64,000 nt of DNA from Catajapyx aquilonaris (taxonomy: Eukaryota): the NCBI GenBank assembly GCA_000934665.2, contig KZ538938.1, positions 1 to 64,000 of the forward strand, given 5' to 3'. The notes under the pieces were generated by a model, which did no database searches, was not told where the DNA came from, and worked only from the letters and a program-made list of their open reading frames with translations. The translations under genes were made by a program, and so were the position numbers. Shown here piece by piece: positions 46,301 through 59,354 of the stretch (the stretch's first letter is position 1; each line of letters starts with the position of its first letter).

Positions 46301-47136
46301 AATTGGGGTATAAGCATCTGTATAGAACAGCTATCAAGTGGAATAGGTCTCATCAAGAAACACTTGCCTTATTCATACCATTCCTTTGTGGGAGGAGGAC
46401 GAAATTGGAAGGGAGAAAAGGTGACTTGTCTAGCCGTGTCACCAAAAGAAATAAATTGTAACTTATGGAAATCCTATAATAATAAACCCTTCTTGTGGTG
46501 TTTTTGCAACACTTCTTATTGGCCCCTGTTCTGTGACGGCAAAAGGGGAGGATACTAGTGATGCGCAGGGCAGCGCTTCTGATGGGTGGGAGGAGGTATG
46601 ATAATGATTAATTTGCTGTGTGTCGGCAGAAAGGAAACATAGGGCAGTTCGTTCCATCCATATTTTGACTGTTTTCAGGGCCTAAATGCCTACCTATGTG
46701 AGGGTGGGTTAGAACCTAAAAATCCGTTCCTTATTCATCATGTAAGTTGGTATCTTTTTTCTGTTATTGAACTTGGCTGGATGACAGGGAGCAGAGTTGT
46801 GATTTTTTGACTGATGGGAGTTTTTTTTCCCATTTTTGAAGGGAAGTAATATTAGCATGTTTATTGGTGATTCTGCAATGCTGAATCTTTTCTTTCGCGT
46901 ACAAGTTTTCACTATGTGAATGTTCATTATACTGGATTACACGCTATCCCTTTTTTCTATTCCAGGCCAACTGCATTGACTCCACCGCTGAACCAGAGGC
47001 CGTGTTTGCAGGAGAAGTCAAGAAACTTCAAGCGGAAAGGCTGAAGCCACGGGAGCAGATCACCCTGGAACCGTATGAGAGGGATCACGCTGTAGTGATT
47101 GGGGTATACCGACCTCCTGTTAAAAATAAGGCTTGA
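37382..47136 (+). CDS. FBL: rRNA 2'-O-methyltransferase fibrillarin, 4 coding exons
   Basis: Exons 37382-37394 (ATGGACAATCGAG|gtatgt, inferred from phase), 40245-40814, 41316-41561, 46966-47136. GAR domain, [48 protein letters not shown]. An N at 40344 in the GAR repeat causes an apparent frameshift. Confidence 0.96.
37778..37936. mobile_element. PIF/Harbinger-type MITE
   Basis: TAA|agccggctacacaca ... tatgtatccagct|TAA; imperfect hairpin throughout. Confidence 0.65.
38639..38754. repeat. Imperfect hairpin, MITE-like
   Basis: gattgtattgttggtt...gtgccaact / agttggcac...aaccaacaatacaatc. Confidence 0.75.
39064..39518. repeat. Hairpin element interrupted by a retro-insertion
   Basis: attacttcacttaaaacggcatgc...tggtggttatacc / ggtataaccacca...gcatgccgttttaagtgaagtaat. 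Confidence 0.85.
39205..39493 (-). mobile_element. 5'-truncated non-LTR retroelement or SINE fragment with (AACC)n tail
   Basis: 8-bp TSD ggcatgcc (39197-39204, 39494-39501); (GGTT)n at the left end. Confidence 0.65.
42157..44057 (-). mobile_element. Internally deleted Gypsy (Mag-like) LTR retrotransposon: Gag fused to integrase C-terminus, PPT and 3' LTR
   Basis: Gag NWTLYEER...[30 protein letters not shown]; integrase tail [17 protein letters not shown]...RRHVNHL and [13 protein letters not shown] ggggggaaggag at 42342-42331; 174-bp LTR 42157-42330 with TGTTGTGT...ACACAACA ends; 5' LTR not found. Confidence 0.85.
42854..43765 (-). mobile_element. Deleted, degenerate mariner inserted in the Gypsy gag
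   Basis: TA|tgaggtgtgaccgaaaagttcccggact ... agtccgggaactttttgatcacacctcg|TA; transposase remnants (N-terminal KFCFQLNKT...YEW; C-terminal PAHTS...VPHPAYS...DFYLFPKMK). Confidence 0.9.
44113..45352. mobile_element. Foldback element whose right arm is split by a piggyBac-like insertion
   Basis: ttgaaacattgagatcgccatttctgtaat / attacagaaatggcgatctcaatgtttcaa; inner arms about 44165-44240 and 44385-44458. Confidence 0.8.
44476..45313. mobile_element. Non-autonomous piggyBac-like element
   Basis: TTAA|ccctaataagacggg ... cccgtcttattaggg|TTAA. Confidence 0.85.
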
Positions 47137-47372
47137 AGATCCATCTCATGATCTGTCATTGTATGCCATTTACCAACTCATAATAAAACATTCATTACCT
47201 CGGGTGAAAGGATCTTTTTTATTAACTCTACAAGAAACTTTCTTATCTAAACATACAAGGCCTGTGTCGGAAGAACAAGACATTTTCTTATCTCAACATT
47301 GTGGTCAGAAGGACAGAAAATGCATAACCCCAAGGGCAACAAAAAAAAAAAAACTCTCCTGTACATGCCAAT

Positions 47373-50300
47373 CTAACTGTCCGTAGTCTTGAAATGGGCG
47401 TCATCAATGGTGGAGTAGATGTGGCCTTCGCTGCTAAGGAAGTCCAGAGCAGTACTGCAAAGATGATATCAATATTACATGACGAATTAAGAACAGGTTG
47501 TGGGAACAAAATTTCCCACATTCTGGCACTTTCTGGGCATGATGTTTAGGATCAACACAAAAATTATATGAGCACACAATTTCTAGAATCTGCAATGATA
47601 TGTCACGGAAGTGCTGGTGGACCAAAGGACAAGGCACAAAATGTATGGGCGAGTGGCCTTCCGTTCGATTTGCCTGAAAATTGGATATGTTGTAGCCCAG
47701 ACCGTCCTGAGCAATGTTAGATGGGGACATTAAGAGGTAGGACCTACAGGGAGCGTGCTAATCGCTATTCATCGAAGAGGCTACTCAATACCATAGAAGA
47801 CTGCTGTGAGAGAAACCTTCCTTACATTGACCCAATGAATATTGAAGTGGAGCTGGAGGAATCTCCAGATGACAACCTTCAAGGAGTAGAATTTGAACCA
47901 GATGAATAGGTAATAAAGATTCATAGATAATTTAATGCAATAACCATGGAGTTCCTGGAGACAAGATTATTGTAGTCTACTACTCCCCCTATTACCTTCG
48001 GAGGTCATTATCAGGCTCCCTAGGTAGGTCCCACCTTAAAATGTCCCTATACAACATTGATCAGGACGGTCTGGGGTGCAACATATCAAATTTTCAGGCA
48101 AATCGAACGGAAGGCCACTCGCCCATACATTTTGTGCCTTGTCCTTTCACCTATTTTCCCAAACAAGACATTTTCTTTTCCAACATCATCTCCCTCTCGA
48201 CTTACTGCTACTGCCGTATTGCCGCACGGATATAGATTTAGGCCCAGGTGCACCAGTCTCGGTACAAATGTGGCGTACAAGATTTACCGATAACAGAGGG
48301 ATCTCCGTAAAATTGATTTACCAACGGTGTGCAGTGCTCCAGTATTTTTTAATGCCCTGTTCATCTCATACCAGGCTAAACCATGGTGGCTATGAGGATC
48401 GAGGGGACCACGGTTTTTCTGGCACGGTGATTAGTCAGTCGGAGTCGTCGGGGGCAAGGGGTGGTGGGTGGGAGGTGGCAAAGCAACATCTCATGAATTG
48501 GCACACTTTATTCAGCCCAACATGGGATTTGGTAACAGGCCGAGATTGTCCAGCATTGTCTGCTCATCCTCGTCAGATCACAGGCTGCTGCTAGCCTTGA
48601 ACTGCTCTCCATGTCGCATGGCGAAATATATGCTGGGTACAGGCACCGCCAGATTTAGGTATTTTCCACCCATAGGCACGGGCACAGCATAACCCGTCCC
48701 CTGCCCCAACCCCCGTTCAGTGAGATAATACATGAAATGGACAGCATTCGCAATAATATGAAGTAAGGTGACTTTGAAGCCCACCAGTCTTTTTATTGTA
48801 CTGGCGGGCCTGATCAATTTTGTCCATCACAATTCTTCAATTACCGTATTTATTAGTAATTCTTCATTTACTTTTTGTATCCATAAATTTGCTGCCCCTT
48901 GAAATCTGGTGTTAGACTTCCTAGGCTGCCTTGCCAAAAATCCAGGACTGGTTACAGAGCAAGTGTGATAGCTATGCCTTATGTGTGATCCATGGCCCAA
49001 CGTAAACTATCTCACAGCAAGAGCAGCACAGTTATTTTCACGAAGAATTAAAACGCCCTTCTCCGATATCAGCATAAAAAAGTGGGAGTAAACCAACACA
49101 CACTAGAAACCACACAACAGCCTAGAAAAACACAGCTCAAATGCGCGACCTCACTACTGGAATGAGCAGGCAGACACCGGTTTGTACTTGACCCTATCTC
49201 CCTTCGCTGGCCTCAGGGCCAGTCAGGCAATGCTGAGATGCTCCTGCGGTGAATAATTAGCATAAAATCACACAAAATGGGAAATACGGGTCGCAGGATG
49301 AGGCGGCCATGTTGGATCCGTCAGTAAAACTACTTTCACTGGCCCAAGTCTGGGGATAAAACTCAAGCTCCGTAAAACTGGCATTTACGGAGTGACTAGA
49401 AAGTACAGTGTTGGACATAAATTGATGCATACTGCTAGCGACATTTTCCCAAGCGGCAGAAGAAGAAATCGAAGATAGGCATTCTGCAAGTTGGGCGAGC
49501 AAGATTCCTTCTTCTGCCGCTTCAGAAAATGTCGCTAGCAGTATGCCTCGATTTATGTCCAACACTGTACAGAGACTGGAACTCCATGATTTTCTGTTTT
49601 ACAGAGGCTCCCCCCGTAAATCCAAGCTTTTAGCACACTAAGTATTTGTACCGACACTGGTGCACCTAGGCCTTACAGAACAAATAAAGAAACACAATCA
49701 TGAAGGCGAATGGACAAATTTGGAATGATCCTGGGCCAAAACCACCCGGAACAAAAGTAGTCCAAAGTTAGGCGCTTGGCCCTTGATTTCACTAGGAAGG
49801 AAATGCATCCAAGGAGGGTTGGTTTTCCTATAAAGTAATATGCCTGAACAAAGATGGTGACTGCTGGTGTGGAAGGGATCATTGGGATTGGATCTGGTGA
49901 CAGCCATGTTGGGTGGAGGTCATCAAGCCCATGATTTAGCCAATGGAGTGTTGGTAAAGGCACCAGAAGGCGGTGTTGAGAAAGAGCCCAATATCAAACT
50001 GCTCATTCTCAACTGGACATTTGGGTGTACATGAGATGAGTTCATGCAACATGACTCCTGAGAATGCCAAAATCTATGATAATATTATCTTGTGACATCT
50101 CTTTTTCTGCGTTTAATTTGCAGTCATGCAATCTGTCCTACGTGTCATTTAGGCACATTTTGCATAAATCTTCAAACATCACATGATGATTAGTCAGTGA
50201 CATTTTTACACCATACTCAATCTAAAAATGGGCACAAAAATTGTTGCAGTTGGAATTTCAGCTTGAACATAAGGTACCAGTATGTATGGTTCTTCAATCT

Positions 50301-53300
50301 TCTTGTGTTCCGAAGAAAGTTGTGGAACAACCTGAAAGTCCAGCAGGTGAGAGGCCACAGCACCTACACTACAATAATTATCATCCTCTAGGGCCTAGGC
50401 TAAGAAGAAAATGTTTCAGCTCTTTGCTGAAGTTAGCCTAAAATTCACAAAAAGGAATTTCCCACTGTTATGAATGAATGATATCGTGATGGTGGGAGAA
50501 GAGCACTTAAAAAACGTGATTATGCAGTTTTTTTCATGGACTATGAGTAGCCCAAGATTTATGTGACCCACAACACAATGTTGTCGGGACAATCATTGCT
50601 TCCTTGCACCTGCATTTCATTAGCATACAAGTGACAGAGCTTAAGTTCAAAAAACCAGTTTCAAGATAACTGAAGCCAATGATTGGACCTTGCACTTGCT
50701 GGAATGCTAGTGATGGCATAAAACCCTGGCTTCCTGGCTCCTTTTGAATCTTTAGGACTAAATGGACTTCACCAGGCAATAGATGAGAAAAAATGCTGCT
50801 AAGTGATGAAAATAACTCAAAGCTGCCAAAATCAGACTTGGTGTGTCTCACTTGTATGCCACTGCTATGTTGACTCTAAAGGGCGGTATCCACTGCTCAA
50901 TATCAAGGGGTTTCAATCCCTTGAATTAAATGGGTGGAATCAAGTAGGACCGTGCTCTAATTGGTTCAAGCCCACTCTCAAGGCTTTCAAGGGGTTGATT
51001 CAAGGAGTTGAACGGGTTGAAAGCCTAGAAATTGAGCAGTGGATACCGCCCTTAATATAGTATTATTGGCACGAAAAATGGTCTGGACACTTGAGAGTAG
51101 GCTGAGGGTTACGCTGGCTGCCAACTGAGTGCACTAGACAATGCTTGTACAAGTCTGAGAGTGATTACTTTTTGAGAGAAAATTGTCTCATCATAGACAT
51201 TTCTCTCAAAAAGTAATAAATCTGTGTCTTGCACTGTGCGTTGCCTAGCACACTCGATTGGAATTACCATCAGCCTACCCCCAAGTATCTGGACCATTTC
51301 TGTGCCAATAGTACAATGCTTGCTGAATTGTAAAAGAACCACAAAAGTTAAACTCACTCAATTTCCCTCTTCCCACTGCTCTTCAGAGAACTATAGATGA
51401 AATCCACGTGGATTCCCTCAGGTCTGGTTGCACTCTTAACAGCAGCGAGAACAGACTGCTGAAGATGGTTCAGTCCATCCCTGTACGCTGAATCTGCCCC
51501 ACCTGCCACTGGTGCTGTTGTAGGATGTGTAGAAGCACCCTCAGCCTTGGCTTTTGCCTCTTGCGTCATTTGCATCAGTTTCATCTTTGCATGAACCACC
51601 TCCAACATATGGGTTGTCAGCTCATTCAGGTCCTTCAGCGGCACAGCCTTGAAAATAATCATGTGCTTCTTCCCCTGGAAGCTGCGAAGGCTCCCAACCA
51701 GGCGACCGTATGTGTTTTCCATTAGCGGGGGCTTTGCCGGCTCCCTTGGTTGAGGTGCATCCTGATCAACATCCAACCACTGAGTGGCTTCCATTGAGCC
51801 GGTGTCATCATTAATGATGTAAGTAATTTTCATCGAGGAGATGTTCACAGACTTGATCAAGCCCATGACTGACACCTGGAAAAGAGGTCACAATTGGCTG
51901 GTCTGTGTGACACATTTCACAGACAGCACACACAGCTTCATGATATGCAATTTGCATTACAATCTGCAACGAAGTCCCTAGTTTTGCTATTTGAAAGGTA
52001 AATCCATTTTTGAAGTGAGCTCAATAAGGAAATCTCCAATTTTAAGAGTTGGGCTATAGCTATACTGAACAGAATCACCCACACACACATCATGCACAGA
52101 TAAAACTACACGAAAGTCCTGTACAGAGCAAAAGGATGCTGATGAATGACTGCCGGTTTTAAACACTTGGGACACCCAATGATATTCCTGTGGCACTGAC
52201 TTTGCTGATAGGCTTTAATTGCAGGAGGAAATGGGAGAATCCTGAAGAAAACCAACATGAACACAGGGATATCCCATCAGCACCCTTTCCACATGAGATG
52301 CAGACATTGAACTCAGGACCTTAGAGGTGGAAGGCTGTGGCATTAACAAGTACACCAACATGCCTACACCTTACAAATGGTTGCAGATTTGGTCTATTGG
52401 AGGAGCCAAGGCAACTAAAGTCATGACCTCATGAGGCACCACTGATCTCAGATTACAGTACTGCTTCTTACCACGGAGTCTTGAGTGAACCATGCATAGT
52501 ATATGGAGGGTCCATGAGACCTGTTTTCCACCCACCCAAAAGGGGTAAGCTGAGCAACCACCCCTTCCAGGAAAGCAGCGGGTGGGAGTGACGTAGGTCG
52601 GCTGCTTCCTCGACTCGGACATGGGCAAATGCACGTTATTTGGGTGCATCAGCCCACATTCGATTTTTTATCTGGCGAACCGTGCATCTGACGAGCACAG
52701 GTCCCACTAGGGAAAAAACTCTCTGGAGTATGCTCATTGCAACCGTACTCATCGCGGAATTTTCGGGCGGATATTTTGGCCTTCGGTCGGCGTCGAAGAA
52801 CAACTTGGATTCCTTCCTTGCAAAATGAAACTGGTCCTTTTTTCTCCCCTGTTCCTGCGGAATCAAATCAGATGCATTGCATTGCATTGTCGTTGTTGTC
52901 GTCGTCGTCGTCATTATATCATATACAGGGTGATCCAACTTTATGGCACCAGTAGTTATTGGAAAAATCGCGCAAGCTGCTTGTTTATAAGCAGGTCGTT
53001 GCTAAGAGATGCTTTCTGGCTCTTTCTGGAGAATCGGGAATAGCACCGGCTGATATTAGGTCCAATTCCCATGTAACAATTAATGAGGGAAAAAAGGGTC
53101 ATCCATGGGAAACAGGCTCTGTTCTGGTGTTCGCCGGAGGGTTTCACATGAGGTCACTAGCTGCCAAACCAGAGGGCTAATCCGTCGGAACTGGACAGAC
53201 CCGGGTGTGTCAATAAATAGGCCTTCTGGTCTGTTCATTGTTGGCCGCAGTTGGCGCAACTGAGACAGGTCAACACTGGGTCAACAGGCAGCGTTGTTTA

Positions 53301-56300
53301 GTTACCAGTAAATAAATAGTTCTTGTAGTCAGGACCAGGACATGCCTTACTCAGGGGGCCTGTTTGAGGGCCGCCCAAGGGCTTCTAGGGTTCTAACAGT
53401 ACAGTCTGCATTGGGCATTCTCTCATTAATTGGTACATGCATGGGCATTGGACCTAATATCAGCAGGTGCTAAGACTGGTAACTAAACAACGCTGCCTGT
53501 TGACCTGTCTCAGTTGCGCCAACTGCGGCCAACAATGAACAGACCAGAAGGCCTATTTATTGACACACCCGGGTCTGTCCAGTTCCGACGGATTAGCCCT
53601 CTGGTTTGGCAGCTAGTGACCTCATGTGAAACCCTCCGGCGAACACCAGAACAGGCCTGTTTCCCACGGATGACCCTTTTTTCCCCTCATTAATTTTGTT
53701 ACATGGGCATTAGACCTAATATCAGCAGGTGCTATTCCCGATTCTCCAGAAAGAGCCAGAAAGCATCTCTTAGCAACGACCTGCTTATAAACAAGCAGCT
53801 TGCGCGATTTTTTCAATAACTACTGGTGCCACAGAGTTGGATCACCCTGTATACACGTACAGTCTACAGATTTAACTACTCCATGGTCCCGAATAAAATA
53901 ATAACAATAATAACAATAATAACAATAATAATAATAATCCCGAATAAAATAAGAAGAAAATCCTGAACAACAATAATAACAACAACAACAACAATCCTGA
54001 ATAAAATAAATTTGTTATTTTATTATATAGTCTACAGATTTAACTACTCCATGATCCTGAATAAAATAATAATAAAAATAATCAGGAATAATAGTCTAAT
54101 GACTACCAACGTGTGCATTTCATCACTAACGGATGTTTTGCGGCATGCAATGCAACTGATTTGATTCCGCAGGAACGGGGAAGAAAAAAAGGACCAGTTT
54201 CATTTTACAAGGAAGGAATCAAGTTGTTTTTCGACGCCGTCCAAAGGCCAAAATATCCGCCCGAAAATTCTGTGATTAGTATGGTTGCAATGAGCATACT
54301 ACGGAGAGTTTTTTCCCTAGTGGGACCTGTGCGCGTAAGATGCATGGTTTGCCAGATAAAAAATCGAATGTGGGCTGATGCACCCAAATAAAATGCATTT
54401 GCCCATGTCCGAGTCGAGGAAGCAGCCGATCTATGTCACTCCCACCCGCTGCTTTCCTCAGCTTAGCCCTTTTGAGCGGGTGGAAAACAGGTCTCATGGA
54501 CCCTCCATACACTTGGTTCACTCAAGACTCTGTGCTTCTTACATCTCTCAGAGTCCCACTGAACCCTTGGTCTTTCTGGAACCAGCCATCCAAATCTTTT
54601 GCTCTTAGGATGTGTCAAGTGAAGAAGAAATTATGTCACTGAGGCAGTTCTAGTAATACAATTCTGATGTAACCTGCAGCATCTGGGAGAAGGTAGATAG
54701 AAACTTGTCCATTCATTAGCCCAGTGGTTTCCAACCTTCAATCAACTACGACCCCCTAAACACGTTTCCATAAATGTGCGACTCCCCCCCCCCNNNNNNN
54801 NNNCCCCCAGGTCCCCCTTACAACTGCCCCCTTTCCAGAAAACATACACTCTGTTCGGCCACAAAAGTGGTGCAATGGACACAGAAATTGCACACAAAAA
54901 ACTTGATTTGCCTCACTAGTTCGTCTTTTTTTCCATTTTCGCCCATGAATTGACCGGCGAGTTGAAATGAATGGAAAATGCCGTTTCCGAAATGTCAATT
55001 TGATTAACACGGCGTAAGGGATAGCGAGATAATCGGACACATTTCTGAGGCCGTGTGTCCACAATTTTAATGCAATTGTGTCGAATATGGTACCATTTTA
55101 AAGGCCAAATGTTTGTGCGCGTTTTGCCAGATTCACATTTCGCGAGAAAAAATTAAGTTCCCTACAAATTGTGTTACCATATTTTTACTGCCGCGCCCCC
55201 TTAATCCTGGGTATTCCCCCTGTCAATTCTCCACCTTGAAATTTATCTTTCAATGTGCGATCACAGCGCAAATCACCGAGCTGCTCTCGTCCATAAGCAG
55301 ACAGTTTTTCCATTGAAAACTCACTGATGAGATTTTGAACATACCCGACCTCTGCTATATCAATGTCACCAAAATATTTCTCGAAACCCTCCTTTAGTAT
55401 TTGCAAATGTGTGGAGGTGACTCGCTCTTGGATTTTGCACCACTGCCCTCGATATACTCTTGCAGACGATGAAACATTTCAAATGAAGATTGATCCCCTT
55501 TTTTCTGCCAGCTAGAGTTCGAGTTTTAATAAAAATACACTTATTTCTTCATGCGATGAAAAAATGTTCCTCGATTTGACTCCTTACAGAGAAGTGTTGT
55601 GCACATTCAGCTCCTGAAACATATCCACAAAATATTCGAGCTAACACAGTCATTTTCTTTCGTTGCATCTGCTTCCCCTGGATAGCTTCTATCCTTCAAA
55701 TGTAAGTGCAGCTAGATTGGCTCCGTAGTGAGCTCGGTAGCGGGAACGGTTGTAGCGGGGCTTCCGCGGATAGAGGAGAGCGTGAGGGCGAATGTTGCTA
55801 GACTTTTCTTGCCAAACTATGGCTCATACATACAACTCGTACACAGTGTTCACTAATTTTCTAATTCCAGTTTTAATGGACAATTGGTATCTAAAAAAAT
55901 CAGTTGGTGATCTTGATTAAAAATACAACATTGCTCATTCAAATTTGATTTTTCACAATGCTGGAATAGATAGGACAAAACCGAATTTCCATTTTGTCAT
56001 TTGATGTTATTAGGATCAACTTCCATTTAAATTTTAAATCATTTAAAGAAGAATTATTGATCCTGCAACAGATCCTTTAGGCCTACACACTGTACTGCTT
56101 GAGGTCCAGTTGCAGCATACCCAGAAAGCATTTTTCAGCAGGTTATTAATTATTATTATAATGAATAACAAATGTTTCTTTGTTTCTTCTCCTCCCAAAA
56201 AATGTTTCATGGCTGTGTTGCAACTGGACCTCAGGGTTAAATACAAACCAAAAATGGTGCATTTACTCATTAGTGGGAGTACTAAATGGAATTTTTGCAT

Positions 56301-56874
56301 ATCTAGTGATTGCATAGAATCATCTTTGAATGAATTGAAGAGCACAGGGGAAAAACGGGGAATGTCACATTCCGTTGGGGGTTCCTGTCAAGTGCACAGT
56401 ACAATAGTAGCATAGGTGACACTTATACCTGGAGGCTTTCCATGGGTACAAGGGTGACAGTTGCATATAATGACGTGAAGATATCCCTATTATTCTTTAG
56501 ACACGTGAAGAAATAAAGCTATTTCTTCGATTTTTCATGGACATTTTTTCTGTGACATTCCCCGTTTTTCCCCTGTGCTCAATTATAATTCATTCAAAGA
56601 AGCATTTATTGTACGCCATAGGACATTAGTGTCCAAAAAATGTAACATTAGAAGGGCTGAGCTTTTGTTTATTTAGCATTAGTGTTAAAATAAAGGCAAG
56701 TGACTTTGTATGGTTTTGTACATATTGTTTTCTCTCTCCCCCTCTTTCTAACATCTCTAATTCAAATATTCCACAGCTCAAAAGTTCTTCTGGTCCATTA
56801 GCAATTTAAGTTATAAAGATCCAACTGCATTGTACAAATTTATGATGGTGTCAAACTGAATGATATGGTGTGCG

Positions 56875-56905
<31 letters not shown>

Positions 56906-57466
56906 GCACGAAACAAAAAAGTCCTGTGAGATTTTCAATTTGTCTCCCCTGAAACTGCAGGAATGTTCTTGGTTCAGATAATGCCCGCAGGGATCCATGC
57001 ATTTGCTCCACATCCAATTAGCATTGAGAAGTCATAATACCTCAAGCTTAGACAAGCACAAGACAGTTTCTTCACTGGTACGTGAATTTGAATATTTAAA
57101 GTGAAAAGTTCACCCCACTACTCAACAACAACAACAACAACATCACGACAGTTCCCTATGAGGGGTAGTCAGCGATAAAGGGAGATGCAAGCTAACCCAA
57201 CATATGAACTAATAAAACTCATGAGAAAGAACCTAAAAACAACCTGTCCCACCCCCCACCCCTGCCCACCTCAGACATCACCTTATCCTCAGACATATTT
57301 ACCTATTTACCCATTAATTAACCTACGCCATTTACACCTATCCAAACAAACAAACCCCACTACTCACCATTGAAATATCTATGTCTCCATACTTCAGATC
57401 ATTATCACCAAAACTCTTGATCTGGGCGATGTTCATTGGGACTAGATTCTGTGACCGACTGTTAAA
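47373..57466 (-). CDS. RPA2: Replication protein A 32 kDa subunit, 5'-partial (3 exons found)
   Basis: Exons 57466-57368 ([14 protein letters not shown]...), 51875-51358 (OB fold: [36 protein letters not shown]), 47454-47373 (winged helix: [20 protein letters not shown]); phases match. Start exon(s) not found in the window. Confidence 0.93.
47624..48147. mobile_element. Foldback TIR element, arms about 150 bp, superfamily unassigned
   Basis: aaaggacaaggcacaaaatgtatgggcgagtggccttccgttcgatttgcctgaaaatt has an exact inverse ending at 48147; no clear TSD. Confidence 0.8.
49406..49567. mobile_element. Tc1/mariner-type palindromic MITE, same family as 34795-35074
   Basis: TA|cagtgttggacataaat...tactgctagcgacatttt / aaaatgtcgctagcagta...atttatgtccaacactg|TA. 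Confidence 0.85.
50880..51052. mobile_element. PIF/Harbinger-type MITE
   Basis: TAA|agggcggtatccactgctcaat ... attgagcagtggataccgccct|TAA. Confidence 0.85.
52472..54534. mobile_element. P-element/hAT-type foldback element, arms about 400 bp
   Basis: Termini cacggagtcttgagtgaacca / tggttcactcaagactctgtg; 8-bp TSD cttcttac (52464-52471, 54535-54542); arms about 52472-52885 and 54145-54534. Confidence 0.8.
52926..53849. mobile_element. Tc1/mariner-type foldback nested in the P/hAT-type element
   Basis: TA|cagggtgatccaact ... agttggatcaccctg|TA; arms about 380 bp (52926-53307, 53476-53849). Confidence 0.9.
54723..55500 (-). mobile_element. hAT (Charlie/Buster-like) remnant
   Basis: Terminus cagtggtttccaacct; degenerate minus ORF FEKYF...[16 protein letters not shown] resembles a ZBED5/Buster C-terminus; right boundary uncertain. 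Confidence 0.5.
56323..56600. mobile_element. TIR/MITE-like element
   Basis: gagcacaggggaaaaacggggaatgtcaca has an exact inverse, plus outer tctttgaatgaatt / aattcattcaaaga. Confidence 0.7.
56876..56902. repeat. (TG)n microsatellite
   Basis: Direct reading. Confidence 0.95.
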
Positions 57467-58110
57467 CTGAAAAAAAAGAAAAGAAAAAAATCCTTATTAA
57501 TAGAGGTAAACCATACAGTTATGGGACACTTAAGAAATTTTCCAAGTTCACATCGTCACATGACCCACAGTACTTACATCTGCAATTTGATTATATTTTA
57601 TTCTGAATGTTCAGAATGTTCTCTTTCAAGGAGCAACTGTAATTTTAAAATACTCCTTTACTGTCATTTTTGGTAATGAAAAGTTCCAAGAAAGTCACAA
57701 AAGTACAGTAATGGGACACTTTTCATAGTTACGGGCCACCTTTGGGACAGTGGTGGGACACCTAATTGTAGGAACTCGATTGTTGTTTGCAGCATTTTCG
57801 TGGTGCAGGGTGTTGCCCAGCAATGTTTCCTACTATCTCAGCAGTTTTTCAAGTTTTAATCATCATCCCCCTAGCCTTTGCTGTCATTTGCGTGAAAGAT
57901 GCATTTACTCCGGAATTACCGAACCTGCCTGCCAAGCAAAGAATTTCGTTAAGAACAGATGACGTTTTCACCTGAAATTCCTTCATGATTGTCACATTAA
58001 ACTACCTGCCCACTTCTGGAGGTGTCTACCTCACTGTCTCCCCTTATTCCATCATGTTGGGTAGGGTCTAGGGGCACTATTGGTTAAAATGATGCAGGCT
58101 AAGCGTAGGC

Positions 58111-58181
<71 letters not shown>
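58111..58181. repeat. (TAA)n tract, the tail of the SINE at 59072-59354
   Basis: SINE TSD taggctaata at 58106-58115 and 59355-59364 brackets both the tract and the SINE body. Confidence 0.85.
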
Positions 58182-59067
58182 GGGCAATTCCACGAAAGGG
58201 CAGATATGGGGTGCAGTTCTTACATCTTGACGCAGTTGGAATCTGAGTGACTAAAACCGATAGCATGTGGACCATGGTTTCCTTCGCCATGTTAGTTTGT
58301 GACAGTATCATTCCCAACAACACAGTATTATTCCCAAAGTATGTAAGCATGCGCTCTGTGATATCCGTTCGGCTAATGCTCATTACCAGCTGGTTATTCG
58401 CTGTACCGATATGTGAAAGGAAGAGAGACAGACGTCTTCATATAATTCAAGGGCGCAAAATGCAACATCGACCTGTGCAATCACTTTTCTGCATTCATGA
58501 ATGTGTGACCTTCCACAGCCACACCAAAAGGTATCCAAAGGGCAAAAACTGACCTAGTTCCTATTTCAGTGCAGCGGAGCCATTATAAGATTATGAATTC
58601 ACAGATATTCCAATCTCCAAAAATTTATGCTACTTCCAGTAAATCGCTGTAGGTTGTACGTAACAATTCCGGGTGGTACGTAACGGGCGGATATCTCAAA
58701 TGTTTTCACGTTCAAAATGAGAATTCTCCCAATCTAATGGCATGATGAGGTTCCTCGCACCCTACTGCCCCACATGCACTTGAGCTTCGAAACCTGTGCT
58801 GTCAAATTTCGCAGAGTTTCCCCCTAGTTGCATATACCCCAGAAACTAGTGTCCAATGACGGATTGTATGTAACGAGATTTCAGACAATCGCACACACGT
58901 GGATGGCCATTGAATGAAATTACCATGATGTCCCTCACCTTCACATTTCTGCGCTGCATCTGATTTTCATAACAGTTAATCTTTTACGGCAAGTACCTAG
59001 CCGCGGTGGACTCCTAAACACCTCAATACAGCTTCCGATGGTCTGTACATAACGCGTGGAATTGCTC
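58182..59067 (+). mobile_element. Non-autonomous internal-deletion derivative of the adjacent Sola2-like element, inverted
   Basis: Ends gggcaattccacg / cgtggaattgctc; 4-bp TSD aata; 58182-58537 is the inverse of about 62390-62743 and 58545-59067 the inverse of 59413-59933. Confidence 0.9.
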
Positions 59068-59071
59068 AATA

Positions 59072-59354
59072 ATAATAATTCATACCCCGTTATCAGCCGG
59101 CGGCTCTTTAGGGGAGAAATTTTTGTTTTGCCTGGAACTCTTTGCTTTCATTTTACTGTGCTCTTTGGGATAGGATAGGGACGGAAGGAAGCGGCTGTGG
59201 CCTATTAATTACGGAAGCAACTCCGGAATTTCCCTGGAAGGACCGTGGGAAACCACAGAAAACCACAGTCAGAGTTGCCGGCCCCGGGATTCGAACCCAG
59301 GACCTCCCGATTAGCAGGTGGACTCCATATCCACTACACCAACCTGCTTCGGCC
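59072..59354 (-). mobile_element. tRNA-derived SINE (family B, second copy)
   Basis: Near-identical inverse of 16147-16430; 10-bp TSD taggctaata. Confidence 0.9.

Noticed and set aside
46778..46884. Possible C/D snoRNA in FBL intron 3 (CTGA about 80 nt before the acceptor)
   Set aside because: No proper RTGATGA box C, no terminal stem, and only a gapped resemblance to an rRNA-complementary guide.
53858..54100. CRISPR-like repeat-spacer pattern
   Set aside because: A local direct duplication with (AAT/AAC)n tracts in eukaryotic intron DNA; no regular spacers and no cas genes.
58099..58383. Poly-Leu ORF resembling a membrane protein
   Set aside because: Translation of the (TAA)n SINE tail and transposon end.
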